Assembly (NCBI GenBank): GCA_038087875.1
Contig: CM075989.1
Span: forward strand, 10,108,001 to 10,172,000
Origin: Malacoraja senta
Taxonomy: Eukaryota
Reading direction: 5' to 3'
DNA: 64,000 nucleotides
This document shows, one piece after another, positions 36,734-48,640 of the stretch (within the stretch, counting starts at the first letter, position 1; each line of letters starts with the position of its first letter). The position numbers and the translations under genes were made by a program. Under the pieces are notes generated by a model that saw nothing but the letters and a program-made list of their open reading frames with translations, did not search any database and was not told the DNA's origin.

Positions 36734-37403
36734 GCTGAATTTTACTTGAGCCTCCGCTCTGAACCTATCCTATGTTATGCTGATGACCACATTAAGGTTC
36801 CTTCCTGGTTTCGCTTTGACCAAAGATAAAGGAAGTGAAAGTCCTATCATTCTTCTCCATACTGCCAAGCCCAGGTTTTCCCGTTGCAAGCCCAAGGCCT
36901 CCTAAATCTTCCTCTGCCCATCTTCTTTGCCACAAACCCTTCTCACAGATTGTCCATGTTTGTCACATTTGCTTCTCTCTGAGACTGGGAACTTTTTGCA
37001 TTTAGATGGCCCTAGTCATGTGCACTGGGAGAATGTCGGGGATGGGCAGAGTTTGCCTCTTGAGGCGATACAGAATGTAGTTGAACTTCTGGAGCCAAGG
37101 ACATTTTCCGAAGTTACTGGAGTCTCCTGCATGGATCTGGTGAGTTCTCAGGGTTTCAAACATTCCTCATGAGAGGTCCTGAAATGCCTTTCCATTCCCA
37201 CCGATTCTTTGCTGGACAATACCTCTAGCTCCTGTGGTCAAAGTCCATTTTCTATTTTAAGGTAAGGCACAGACTCGGCTCATCACACTTTTGCTTAAAC
37301 ACGTCCAGATGACCAATATATGTTATTACCATCAAGATTATGGCTATATTTTCTCCATCCACCCTCCATCGTGGTTTAAAATAAGGGCTTGAGTATTACA
37401 TTT

Positions 37404-37690
37404 AGGGCGGTACAGTGGCGTTGTTACTTTGCAGTGCCAGAGACCCGAGTTTGATCCTGACTATGGGTGCTGTCTGTACAGAATGCGTACATTCTCCCTG
37501 TGACTGTGTGGGTATTCTCTGGGTGCTCCGGTTTCCTCCAACACTCCAAAGACGTACATGTCTGTACACTAATTGGCTTCGGTAAAAATTGTAAATTGAC
37601 CCTAGTGTGTTCAATGGTGCTAGTGTACGGGGTGATGGCTGGTCGATGTGGTCTCAGTGTTTACATGATCTCTAAAGTCTAAAGTTTGAA
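37404..37690 (+). mobile_element. tRNA-derived V-SINE (HE1-like)
   Basis: Same family with (CTAAAGT)n tail. Confidence 0.85.
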
Positions 37691-38434
37691 GTCACATTGG
37701 GAGGAGTGGGAAGAACAATGGATATTGGCGATAGATTGTATTCTTTCCTCACTTGATATCCTGTAAGATTAGTTTTCCAGTTGGCGGGCAGGAACTGTAG
37801 TTTGGAAACTCTGGTAAACCACTGGAAGATTTCCTCAATGGGAAATTGATTCAGATCTAAATGATAAAACCCATAGCCAATTGGCCTGTTGTTTAAAATT
37901 GAGTGATCTCAAGGTGGAATCTCAGGAGAAGATGCGTTGAACTCTCTCAGCCCTTTAGGAGGTTTTTGAAGGACAGCTGGGTTCAATCCAAGGGGAATGA
38001 AGGAGTTTATGTTCTTGGAGGGTTATCTCCATTCATAATTCAAATCCTTGGTCCTTCAACTTTAGTTTTAACCCTCAATCACCAAGCTATGGAATGCTTT
38101 TATGAAATCTTAACATCAACATGAAGAACTGAAGGAGTGTTATCACTGCAGATTTGGATAAAGTTTATTAGAAATGTTGACAATTTGCGATGGATTAACT
38201 TGGAAATCTCTCTGTATGAGGCACTGGTATTCCATAGTGCCTTGGAGGTAAGGATGGACTCCCCACTAACCCAGCAAAATACCAGAAAACACATCTGACA
38301 AAAGGGAACAAATGTAGAAGACTAAGATGTCCATCTGATTCAAACCATGTCTGAAGTAGAGGAAGCGTTTCAAATAATGTTATTCCATAGAATTACTTAT
38401 TTTTCCCTCAAGGAACGGGCTCCCCACAAGCAGG

Positions 38435-38593
38435 TGGCACGGTGGCGCAGCGGTAGATTGGTCAGTTAATTGGATTTGGTAAAATTGTAAATTGTGTAGT
38501 ATAGTGTTAGTGTAGGGGTGATTGCTGGTCCGTGTGGACTCGGAGGCTTGAAGGGCCCGTGTCTGCACTGTATCTATAAAGTCTAAAGTCTAA
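38435..38593 (+). mobile_element. V-SINE with large internal deletion
   Basis: Head GGCACGGTGGCGCAGCGGTAGA joined directly to the 3' half. Confidence 0.7.
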
Positions 38594-39203
38594 AGCAGAG
38601 AGTGAGGACTGTTATCTCTGGAAGGCAGATACAGATGAGCAGGTGAGCAGGGAGTGGGTTGGAATTTACCAGTAATGGTTCAGATGGAGTTCAACACATT
38701 TTCCTCTATTCGCGATGGGTTTTGTGTCATGAGGAGAGAGATATAACATTTTGCCACGTCGAAAAATAGTGGTCGATGGGTGGGAGAGTATTCTTGAGTT
38801 TTGTTTTGATGACCTTTAAAAATAGTTGCTGAAGAGATAACATAGTTTGAATGAGCCAATGATTATTTTAAATTACTGATGCTTATCTGCAAAGACAAAC
38901 TACAACCTCACTCACTGAACTCAATACTATCAGATCATTGTGAGATTGGTGAGGGGGAATCCCTCAACAAAAGGCAGCTTTGTCTGTATTTCACCACAGT
39001 GACTAACAGGCTTAACAAGGAGGCCTCAGTGATGAAGATTGACTGTATTTATAGCTTGGCTTATTCTAACTCTGTTAAATAGCGTCCACTCTCAGCCTGG
39101 TATCTCAGATATAGCAAGGCGATGTGAAGTTTATTGTCATATGCACAAGTACAATGAGGTAGAGATACAACGAAAATCTTGCTCGCAGAAACATCAGACA
39201 CTT

Positions 39204-39507
39204 TTAGTTTAGAGATAGTGCGGAAACAGGCCCTTCGGCCCACTGGGTCCATGCCGACCGCGATCCCCGCACATTAACACTATCCTACACCCACTAGGGA
39301 CAATTTTTATATTTACCAAGTCAATTAACCTACAAATCTGTACGTCTTTGGAATGTGGGAGGAAACCGAAGATCTCGGAGGAAACCCACGCAGGTCACGG
39401 GGAAAACGTACAAACTCTGTGCAGACAGCACCTGTAATCTGGATCGAACCCGGGTCTCCGGCGCTGCATTTGCTGTAAGGCAGCAACTCTACCGCTGCGC
39501 CACCGTG
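39204..39507 (-). mobile_element. tRNA-derived V-SINE (HE1-like), young-looking copy
   Basis: Minus strand CACGGTGGCGCAGCGGTAGAGTTGCTGCCTTACAGC...GGGTTCGATCC. CpGs largely retained. Confidence 0.9.
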
Positions 39508-40419
39508 ACTGCCCAATAGACTCAGACTCATACAACATAAAAAAACATGAATTATGTGAATAAGGCAAAGGTATTTATCATTCACTTTCATGGATTCCTA
39601 TTATTTGTTCCAAAGGATGTCTGGAAATACACCCTTGGCTCTGGATAGTTTCATCATTTGGAAAGAATGGGTACAATGGTTCCAATACATTTTTTATTAT
39701 TCCTAAGACTGCATCCATGTTCTTCAATGACCTTTGCTTTCAAGGTCTTTACAGGGAAGTGCTGCCAACACAGTGAATCACAGAAATGAAGGCAGGAAAA
39801 TCCCAGTCGATCCACAAAGGCATTACACAGTACAATGACCATAACATTGTGATTAAAGACCTCGCCTCATCTCTACTTCCTCACCATCTCCCTGAACCAG
39901 GCCATGACCTGGAGATTGGAAACTAGCAAAAGTCCTGAAATGGTGGGGTCGAAAATATTCCCAGAAAACTCCGTCATCCCATTAAGGCAATTGGAATGAC
40001 CATTAATATGGGCCGCACAGTGATGCAGCATTGTTCCAGCAAACCGGATTCAACCTTGAATGCCGGTGCAGTCAGTGCAGAGTTTGTGCATTCTCCTTGT
40101 GACCATGAGGACTTCACTTGGTGCACTGGTTTCCTCCCAAATCACAAAGATTTCAGATTGGCAACTTAATTGGCCGCTGTAAATTGTGCCCCCAATGTCG
40201 ACTGGACATCAAATTGAATGTGGGAAGAATATGTTACTGAGGGAATTTGATGGGGGAAATGGGATTGTTCTGCAAACTAGCATTGTGTCAATGGGCAGAG
40301 TGGCCACCCTCTATGTCTTAATGAAGTTTGCACAAATAAAATCACTAGATCAACACCATATTATTTCAATTATAAATATCTCCAACATTCATTCATATAT
40401 ATATATTAGATTTTCCTTC

Positions 40420-41170
40420 CATCACAAGGACAGATGTGGAGGTGTTTGCTGATGTCTGCATGGTTCCATTCAATTTGCATCTCAGAGAATGAAGATGCTC
40501 TCAGCCCATGCTTATATACAGCAAGACCTGGACAACATTCAGGCATGGGCCAAGAAGAGGCAAGTAAACTTTGGGCCACAAAATTGCCAGGCAATGAGCA
40601 TGTTCAGCAAAGGGATTTTAAATACCTATCCTAAATGCCATTCACCAGAGACTCAATGGGCCAGTTCGATAAGTACTGTGATACAAGAGTAGATCAGAGG
40701 CTGGGTACCTTAAGTGAATGGCTCACCTCCTGTCACCCCCAAAGTCTTTTCACCATCTACAAGGCACAAGCCAGGGGTATGATGGGATATTCCCCGCTTG
40801 CCTGGATGGCTGGTGCTCCAATTACCCACAAGATGCTTGACATCATCCTCAGCAAAGCTAGCCTGTCCCATCTGCCATCCTCAATGATCAATCTCCCCAC
40901 CCTTGTCACACCATGGCTGCCCTCACATGTACAAACTATATTGCAGTTACTTGCCTAGGCTTCTCCAATGGTACCCCATAAATCTGCAACCTCAACCAGC
41001 AAGAAAGACAAAAGCATCAAGTTCAAGGGAGCACCAGCACCTGCAGGTTCCGTTTCAAGTCACACACCACCTTGACTAGAAGCATGTTGTCATTTCTTCA
41101 TTGTTGCCAGGTCCAAATTCTGCAACGCCCCACCCAATTGTGGGAGCACCTTCACCAAAGGACATAGAGT
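40420..41170 (+). mobile_element. Ancient CR1-clade LINE remnant
   Basis: FAD, IQQDLDNIQAWA..QVNF.P, and IYKAQAR..M.YSPLAW. Confidence 0.65.
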
Positions 41171-41179
41171 TTCAGTTTC

Positions 41180-41412
41180 GGAAGGAACTGCAGATGCTGG
41201 TTTACACAAAAGAGAGACACAAAATACTGGAGTAAAATTGCGGGTCAGGCAGCATCTCTGGACGAAAGGAATAGGTGATGTTTCGGGTTGAGACCCTTCT
41301 TCAGAATAGAGGGAAACTAGAGGTATGAAAAGGTTCATGACTGACCTGAAACGTCACCTATTCCTTTTCCCCAGAGATGCTGCCTGACCAGCTGAGTTGC
41401 TCCAGCATTTTG
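41180..41412. mobile_element. Palindromic Penelope-derived fragment
   Basis: Minus-strand PLE end including the hammerhead motif (41277-41304), followed by a plus-strand copy from 41343. Confidence 0.7.
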
Positions 41413-42439
41413 TAGTCTAGCACAGCACAGAAAGCGTCCCTTCGGCCCATAATGTCCCTGCTGAATATAAACAATGTTAGACTAATCCTCTCTTCTGTAT
41501 GTGATCCATATCCCTCCATTCCCTGCATATCCATGTGCCTACCTAAAAATCACTTCAACACCACTATTGTATCTGCCTCCACCACCAGTCCTGGCAGCGT
41601 GGTACAGGCACAAATAGCCAAGTCGCAATATTCAACACATGGCTCACATCTGCTCAAGGTGGTGGTTTACCTGCCCAGGAGGGTAAATGGGAATGGCAAT
41701 AATTGCTGGCCTTGTCATTAATGCATTCATTCTGAATAAAAAGAAAGTGGTATCTGCATTTGTAGACACATTTAAATAGCTCATTTAGCCCCTCATCGAA
41801 ATAGGATGGAAAGGGGGAAACAAGCAAATAATGGAGGAGGTAAAAGAGGCACCAAAGCTTACCGCAGTTTGGGTTTATTCTTTATATGGGGGTTAATACA
41901 CTAAACTCTATCTTAGTCATAATTTAATCTCCTGCTGCGATGACTTAGGTCCTGTACAAATTTGATGACACACCCATTTGTTGAGGTCAATGCTTTGCTC
42001 TCAGTTGCTAATAATTCCCTCTTGAAGATTCCATATATGGTCTTAAACGATTTATTGTGAAAAATATCCCTGAGAAACAAGAGAGTCCATGCTTCTGAGA
42101 GTCTGTGATTGCCTTTGACAATCTGAAGTAGAAGGACGAGTGATCTGCCCGGGTTCTGAGCATTTTCGGCAACTTCTGCTGAAAAATGTGTCCATTTATA
42201 AATGTCCCGGTTGGTTTTGGAAACGGCAGGACTGTCATTGTCATGACTAATGCTTATTAGAAGGATCCCCATGACCCCATGGGTTCCCTCCCACTGGCAG
42301 GTTTGTAGCTTAATTGGCCTCTGTAAAACTACCCCTAGTGTTTGTGGAGTGGATGAGAAAATGGAATAGCATAGAACTGGTGTGAAAGGGTGATTGATGG
42401 TCAGTGTGGACTCGGTGGGCTGAAGGGCCCGTTTCCAAG

Positions 42440-42722
42440 ATGCACCAGCTTCTCCTTTTCACCCAACAAATAGTTAACAATGGCCTGTTTTCTTTATCAT
42501 CGTTACTTTTTTTTTGCATATCTTTCATTCATTGTTCTTTATCTCTCTACATCAACGTCTATATCTCTCACTTTCCTTTTCCCTGACGAGTCTGAAGAAG
42601 GGTCTCGACCCAAAACGTCACCCATTCCTTCTCTCCAGAGTTGCTGCCTGTCCCGCTGAGTGACTCCAGCTTATTGTGTCCATCTTCGGTTTAAACCAGC
42701 ATCTGCAGTTCCTTCCTACACA
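42440..42722 (+). mobile_element. Penelope-like 3' UTR fragment
   Basis: Pyrimidine-rich UTR, CTGAAGAAGGGTCTCGACCCAAAACGTC, and terminal CCAGCATCTGCAGTTCCTTCCTACAC. Confidence 0.75.
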
Positions 42723-43284
42723 AGATACTTTACCACAGTTTGTGAGCCTGTTTCATGTTGTATCTCTAAACTAAACTATGCTTGAGCCAGGTACAAGTTG
42801 TTTTGAATGAAGGGTGGATGAAAGATAAATAATAGTAGAATGGGTGTGGAGATAGAAAGTAAATCAGTGAACACTATCCAGAGAGAGGGTGACTCATCAC
42901 CAGTTTTAGGCTGCTATGACCACTTGTCCAGTCACTTTTCTCAGCCCCAGAAATGTATTATTTGTTTGTTGCTGTTCCCTTGGGTCACGGCACTAAAAAT
43001 GTTCAACCACTTTGACACCAGTGACCTCACTTCCTGGACCTGGTTTTCTTTCGTTCACTCACAGGATGTGGTTGCAAGCCAGGCCAGCAATTATTGGGCA
43101 ATTGGTGCCGGGAAGAGGCGGTGGCGGATATGGAGTGGTCGTTATATTACCAGAGTGGTGCCCAAGCACATGAGCCATCTTTGCAGCAGTCCGAGTTCAC
43201 ATCCCCCAGCAACCGCTGGGCATTTAAATACAAGAGGTCAAATAAAGACTATGTAACCCTTGAGTGTCTGATTCCATAATACAT

Positions 43285-44312
43285 TGAGTCGTAGATTCAC
43301 ACAGCATAGAAACACACCCTTCATCCAAACTGACCAAAATGTCACTTCTGGGCTAGTCACATTTGCCCTCATTTGACCAATATCCCTCTGAACCTTTACT
43401 ATCCATGTACCTGCCCAAATATATTTTAATTGTTATTTTACCTGCTGCAACTTCCTCCTCTGGTAGCGAGCGTATTCCAGATACCCCCCACCTCTGTGAA
43501 AACCCTTCTATCCATAAAACCCCATCCTATCCACTTCCCTCATGATTCTATACACCTCTATAAGACCACTACTGAGCCTCCTGCACTCCAAGGAATAAAG
43601 TCCTGGCCTGCCCAATCTCGCCCTATAGGTCAGTCCCTCGAGTCCTGGCAACATGCTCGTAAATATTTTCTGCACTCTCTCCAGCTTAATCATTCTTATA
43701 GCAAGATGACCAAAAGTGAACGCAATAAGCCAAGTGTGGCCTCACCAATCTCTTGAACAACTGTAACACAATGGCCCAATTTCTCTATTCAACGCCCTGA
43801 ATGATGAAGGCTAGCATGCCAAAAGCCTTCATCAACCTGTCCACCTGAGATGCCACTTTGAGGTCTTGTACTCTAAAGGATCTGTCCCACTTAGGCTACG
43901 TTTTAGGCGACTAGGCTGTCGCCACATGCTCGCCAGGGTGTCGCCTGTATGGTCGTGAGCCGTCTCCTCAGTCGCTCAAAGAGTCATAGCGCCTTTCTGG
44001 TCGCTGCTGGATTTTCAACATGTTGAAAAGTTTTCGTAGATAATCGGTGACAGTGGGTTTGATGCCAATGAGCGTAGCTTGACTTCTCCTGATGTAGGTG
44101 CTGTCGCCAGGTGCTGAATTCAGTTTTTTGTTGTTGTTAACATAATGATTCTATTTCAAATTTTATGTCGAAGGGAGGGTCTATTCGCCAGTTTTTCAGC
44201 GACCTGCTACGACTATGACAGTTGCAGGCAGTCGCCTAAAAACAGCCTAAGTGGGACAGGCCCTTTAGGTTCTCTCTGAACTACAACATTCCCCACGGCA
44301 CTTCTATTCACC
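43285..44312 (-). mobile_element. CR1-type LINE 3' fragment (interrupted by MITE)
   Basis: KLERVQKIFTSMLPGLEGLTYRARLGRPGLYSLECRRL. Confidence 0.85.
43877..44264. mobile_element. PIF/Harbinger-like MITE inserted in a CR1 fragment
   Basis: TIR AGGATCTGTCCCACTTAGGC...GCCTAAGTGGGACAGGCCCT, flanks TAA/TTA. Confidence 0.75.
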
Positions 44313-44744
44313 CTTTAGAGGATGCTTACTGTCCCGTCTGGCTTCAGGCTCGTTAATGTGGTCACCATCAATTACCTCCATAGAGCTATACAGTATGGAA
44401 ACAGGCCCTTTGGCCCAACTTCACCATGGCAACCAAATTGTTTGTTAAAACAAGTGCTAGAGGAACTGAGCACCATTTGTGGAGGGAAATGGAAAGGACG
44501 TTTTGGATCAGGACAATACTTCTGATTGTGGAAGGCTCCAACCCGAAGCATTGTCTACCCACTTCCCTCCACAGATGCTGCCCGACTTGCTGAGTTCCTC
44601 CAGCACTTTGTGTTTTGCTCAAGATTCCAGTATCTTGAGTCTCTGCGCATGTTTGTAAGTTTGATTGACCTCTCTGCTGGCAATAGCGGCAAAAACAGCT
44701 GGACAGACTTCGTTTGTTTTCTCTGGAGATTGTGGGGAGACCCG

Positions 44745-45065
44745 ATAGAAGCATATAGAACTATGTGAGGCATAGATAGGGTAAACAATCGCAATCTTTT
44801 TCCCAGGATGGAAAGATAAGGTGAGAGGGCAAAGTTTAAACGGGATGTGCGGGGGAAAAACCTTTTTACATAGAGGGCGAGTTCCTGGAATGCCAGGGTT
44901 GGCGATTGTGCCAGATATGATAGTGGCATTAGAGAGGCTTTTGGATAGGCTTATGGATACGCAGGGATTGGAGGGATATGGATTATGTATAGGTAGATAA
45001 GAGATGATCTTGGCATCATGTTTGGCACAGACATTGTGGGGTGAAGTCCCTGTTCTATGTTCTAC
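44745..45065 (+). mobile_element. CR1-type LINE 3' end
   Basis: Homologous to other CR1 3' ends in the window (AAGGTGAGAGGG.CAAAGTTTAAA, GGCATCATG). Confidence 0.75.
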
Positions 45066-46061
45066 TGAGCAGAGCAGCTCCCATCGAGCAGACTCTGGAA
45101 GAGCTTCTTCCACTCTGTTATCAGAATTCTGAGCAGTCCTTCTATAAGCTACACTACTGTCTGATTTGCCCCTGTTCCATTGCAGACATTGGACTTTGTC
45201 TATGGCACTGGTGTACAACATTGTTGAAAAGTAAACTAAATTCTGCACTTTGTACGTTCCTCTTTGTTCTACCTATTGTACTTGAGTTTGGTTTGATTGT
45301 ATTTATGTATAGTATTATCTAATCTTTAGTTTAGTTTAGTTTATTATTATCAGTGTACCAAAGTATTGTGAAAAGCTTTAGTTTGCTTGCTATCTAGTGA
45401 AAGAAGACTACGCGATTACGATTGTCATCAACAGATAATGGATAAAGGGAACAATATTTAGTGCAAGATAAAGTCCGATAAAAGATAATGCAAAGATTCA
45501 AAGGTTCAAAAGTTCTGATTGGATAGCATGCAAAGCCAAGCTTTACACTGCATTGGGGTACGACAAAAATGAACCTAAACCTAACTCTATGACTCTGATT
45601 AATAAATGGCAAGGTGTGTTTAAGTATAGCAAGATCCCACAGGGAGCTGTGTAATTGTGAGGCACTGCATAGAAACCTTCTTCAATCCACTCTCCACGAT
45701 GTCTCGCGTACGGATTGCAAGATGCCGGAATATCGCAAGACTGTGACTGTCGGGCAGGGTTAATGCCAGTTCCCTGTGGGGTGAGCTTCCCGATTCTGAT
45801 CCAGCCCTCCCTTTCCGGATGTGTACGTTCCATGGTCACTTGCTTTGGTGCCAGAACTTTGCGCCAAGACTTGGCGCTCCTTACCGACTTGCCTCTGAAC
45901 GAGTCAGTGTGCAGTTGCATTGGCCTGTGTGACGTTTTTGATCATAATCACAAATTGATCATTTATCTTATATTTGCACAAGTAGGACGTGTTCCTCTGC
46001 GGGGAGTTTACTGGCACCTACAGGTATATGAAAGTAATGTCTGCGAACAAGGAACATTCAG

Positions 46062-47150
46062 CTGACAACCCAGTGGTATAAATATTGATTTCTCTAATTC
46101 AAGGTAACCAGGGGCGGAAAACCCGGGGGGGGGGGGGGCAGAGGGGACATGTTTTGAGAGGAGGGGGACATCCTCCCCAAGTTTTTGTAATCCGAATTTT
46201 ACAATCCGGTGATCGAGGGCGCCGATTGGAGGAGAGAGACGTCGGTCAGCAGGCAATGGGGGGGGGGGACATGATAATTCAGCGCGATGATTGGAGGAGG
46301 GAGGAGTGGGGGGTGGGGCCTGAGGATAGAGCACGGTGATTGGAGGAGGGAGACGTGGCACAGACCTGCGCCTCATCCGCAGGCAGGATCGATCCCGGCC
46401 GGGTCTCCGGCGCTGTCCCGAGTGCCCCCCCCCCCACGGGTGGCCAGCGAGGTCGGCAGCAAACATCCTCCGCTATAGGATCTTTGGTCGGGAATCAGAC
46501 GGGCCAGCGCAGAGAAACAGCGCTAAACCCAGCTAACTCTGCCTGTCCCGCCAGGTGAGCTTACAACCCTTCCTGGACCTGCGGGTAATATGGCCAGGGC
46601 GGAGAAGCAGCGCTAGTGTCCACGCAGGGCTGTAGTTAACCCGGTGAAGACAGACAGTTGAGCTGCATTTAGCGCTGGATTGAGCCTCTGAAGCCTCGCG
46701 TGTGTGTGTGTGTGTGTGTGTGTGAGTGTGGGCGCGTGGCCGCCAAAAAATTGTGTCCCCCGTCCCCTCCATGTTTTGATAGCGAGTTCCGCTCTTGCAG
46801 GTAACCGCTGCATCCCCCCTCTCTCTCTCCGCCCCTCCCCCACCCTAGTCATCCTGCTGGTTCCACTGTCCGCATCCATATATCCCTATGTTATCACCTC
46901 TTCCACAGCCAACATTGGACCATTGTGGGCTCCACCATTCCTTGGTCATCAGTGCTGGCTCTGATATGTTCTGAACCTTTTCATGCCTCTAGTTTCCCTC
47001 TCCCATGACTCTCAGTCTGTGGATGGGTCTCGATCTGAAATGTCACTTATTCTTTTTTCACCAGGGATACTGCCTGATCTGCTGAATATTCCAGCATTTT
47101 GTGTCTATCTTTGGTGTAAACCAGCATCTGCAGATCCTTCCTAAACATTC
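46062..47150 (+). mobile_element. Penelope-like 3' fragment interrupted by the hAT-like MITE
   Basis: 46065-46108 aligns by eye with 28597-28640 (PSG.NIDFS). It resumes at 46806 and ends in the common PLE terminus. Confidence 0.75.
46109..46797. mobile_element. hAT-like non-autonomous DNA transposon (GC/CpG-rich)
   Basis: Ends CAGGGGCGGAA / TTCCGCTCTTG (9/11 inverted match). 8-bp flanks AAGGTAAC and CAGGTAAC (7/8). Interrupts a Penelope-like fragment. Confidence 0.75.
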
Positions 47151-47239
47151 TCAGCTCGAGACAGCAAACCCTGATGGCCTGTTCATCTTCACTTATTGAC
47201 TTCAATCAATCATATTTCAGCAGGCATGCACTCTCTGGA

Positions 47240-47835
47240 TACAGAGGTGTGATGCTGAGGCTCTATAAGGCGCTGGTCAGGCCACATTTGGAGTTCTGTG
47301 AGCAAATTTGAACCCCTTATCCGAGGAAGGATGTGCTGGCTCTAGAGAGGGTCCAGAGGAGGTTTACTAAAATGATTCCAGGAATGAGTGGGTTAGCATA
47401 TGATGAGCGTTTGACAGCATTAGGCCTCCACTCGCTGGAGTTTAGGTTAAGGGATACCTTATTGAAACTTACAGGAAAATTAAAAAGCATAGATAGACTG
47501 GATGTGGAGAGGATGTTTCCACTGGTGGAAGAGTCTAGGACCAGAGGTCATAGCCTCAGAATTAAAGGGCACTCTTTTAGAAAGAGCGAGGAGGAATTTA
47601 TTTAGTCAGATGGTAGTTAATCTGTGGAACTCATTGCCACGGAGGGCTGTGGAGGCCAAGTCAGTGGATATTTTTAAGGCAGAGATAGACAACTAGATTC
47701 TAGTTGATTAGAACAGTTGTCAAGGGCTATGGGGAGAAGGAAGGAAAATGGGATTAGGTGGCAGAGATCAGCCATGATTGAATGGCAGAGTAGACATGAT
47801 GGGCCGAATGGCCTAATTCTATTCCTATAACTTGT
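47240..47835 (+). mobile_element. CR1-type LINE 3' fragment
   Basis: LYKALVRPHLE, ALERVQRRFTKMIPGM, SRTRGHSLRIKG, VVNLWNSLP. Confidence 0.9.
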
Positions 47836-47859
47836 GAACACGATATCATCAGCATGCCC

Positions 47860-48640
47860 CACGTGGGGTGTTCACACTCTATACCACTGCAACCATCCAA
47901 CTACGCCTTTCACTCCACCTCTTGTCCTCCGTTCAGCCAGTCTGATCATCTGTCGATGCTGCTACTGTCGGCTCACAGACAGTGATTGAAGCGCAAGGCA
48001 CCAACAGAAAGAGCTACACAGCAGTGGTCTGAGGAGGCCCAGGGTCTGCTTCAGGCCAGCCTTGAGTCAGTGGACTGGAACATCTATACAAGTACAACGC
48101 CAACTCAATCCTGAAGATCGCCGATGATATCACTATTGGTGACCGTATCAACATCAATGATGAGACGGAGTACAGGAAATAGATTGTAACCTTGCATCAT
48201 GGTGTCAGAAAACAAACTTGGCCTTTATGTCAGCAAGACACAATACTTGGTTGTTGGCCTAAACATGCGGGATGGGGAACACAACCATGTTCTCATCAAT
48301 GGAGGTGCTGCAGAGATGGTCAATGGCTTCAAGTTACTAGGAACCCATACCATCATCATCCTAACCTGCACCCTTCACACTGATGCAGCGATCAAGAAAG
48401 AACATCAACGTATTTACTTTTTAGGCGACTGAGATTTGAAATGTCCACGAGGATTCCCTTGAACATCTACAGACGGGCTATGACAATATTCTGATGGAAT
48501 GCATCTCAGCCTGATATGGCTACTGCTCTGCTCTTGACCACCTGAACTTAGAGAGTGGTGAGCACTGCCCATTCCAGCAACGGCATGTTACTTCCTTCCC
48601 ATCCATCCCCACGGTGCAGTGCATGAGGAAGGCTGGAAGA
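47860..48640 (+). mobile_element. Old Rex1/Babar-type LINE, internally deleted RT remnant
   Basis: SDHL, SVDWN, KIADDITI (cf. KFADDTT), FKLLG and QRIYFL motifs. Confidence 0.65.

Noticed and set aside
39430..39507. tRNA genes at SINE heads
   Set aside because: A/B boxes continue into a V-domain and LINE tail in many dispersed copies, so these are SINEs.
41860..42272. Possible minus-strand host exon (119-aa ORF, donor-like site near 41860)
   Set aside because: No recognisable protein similarity, and no consistent open frame between acceptor and donor.
44619..45248. 209-aa ORF, and the 189-aa ORF at 54539-55108
   Set aside because: Each crosses several unrelated repeat fragments, often antisense, so these are chance open frames.
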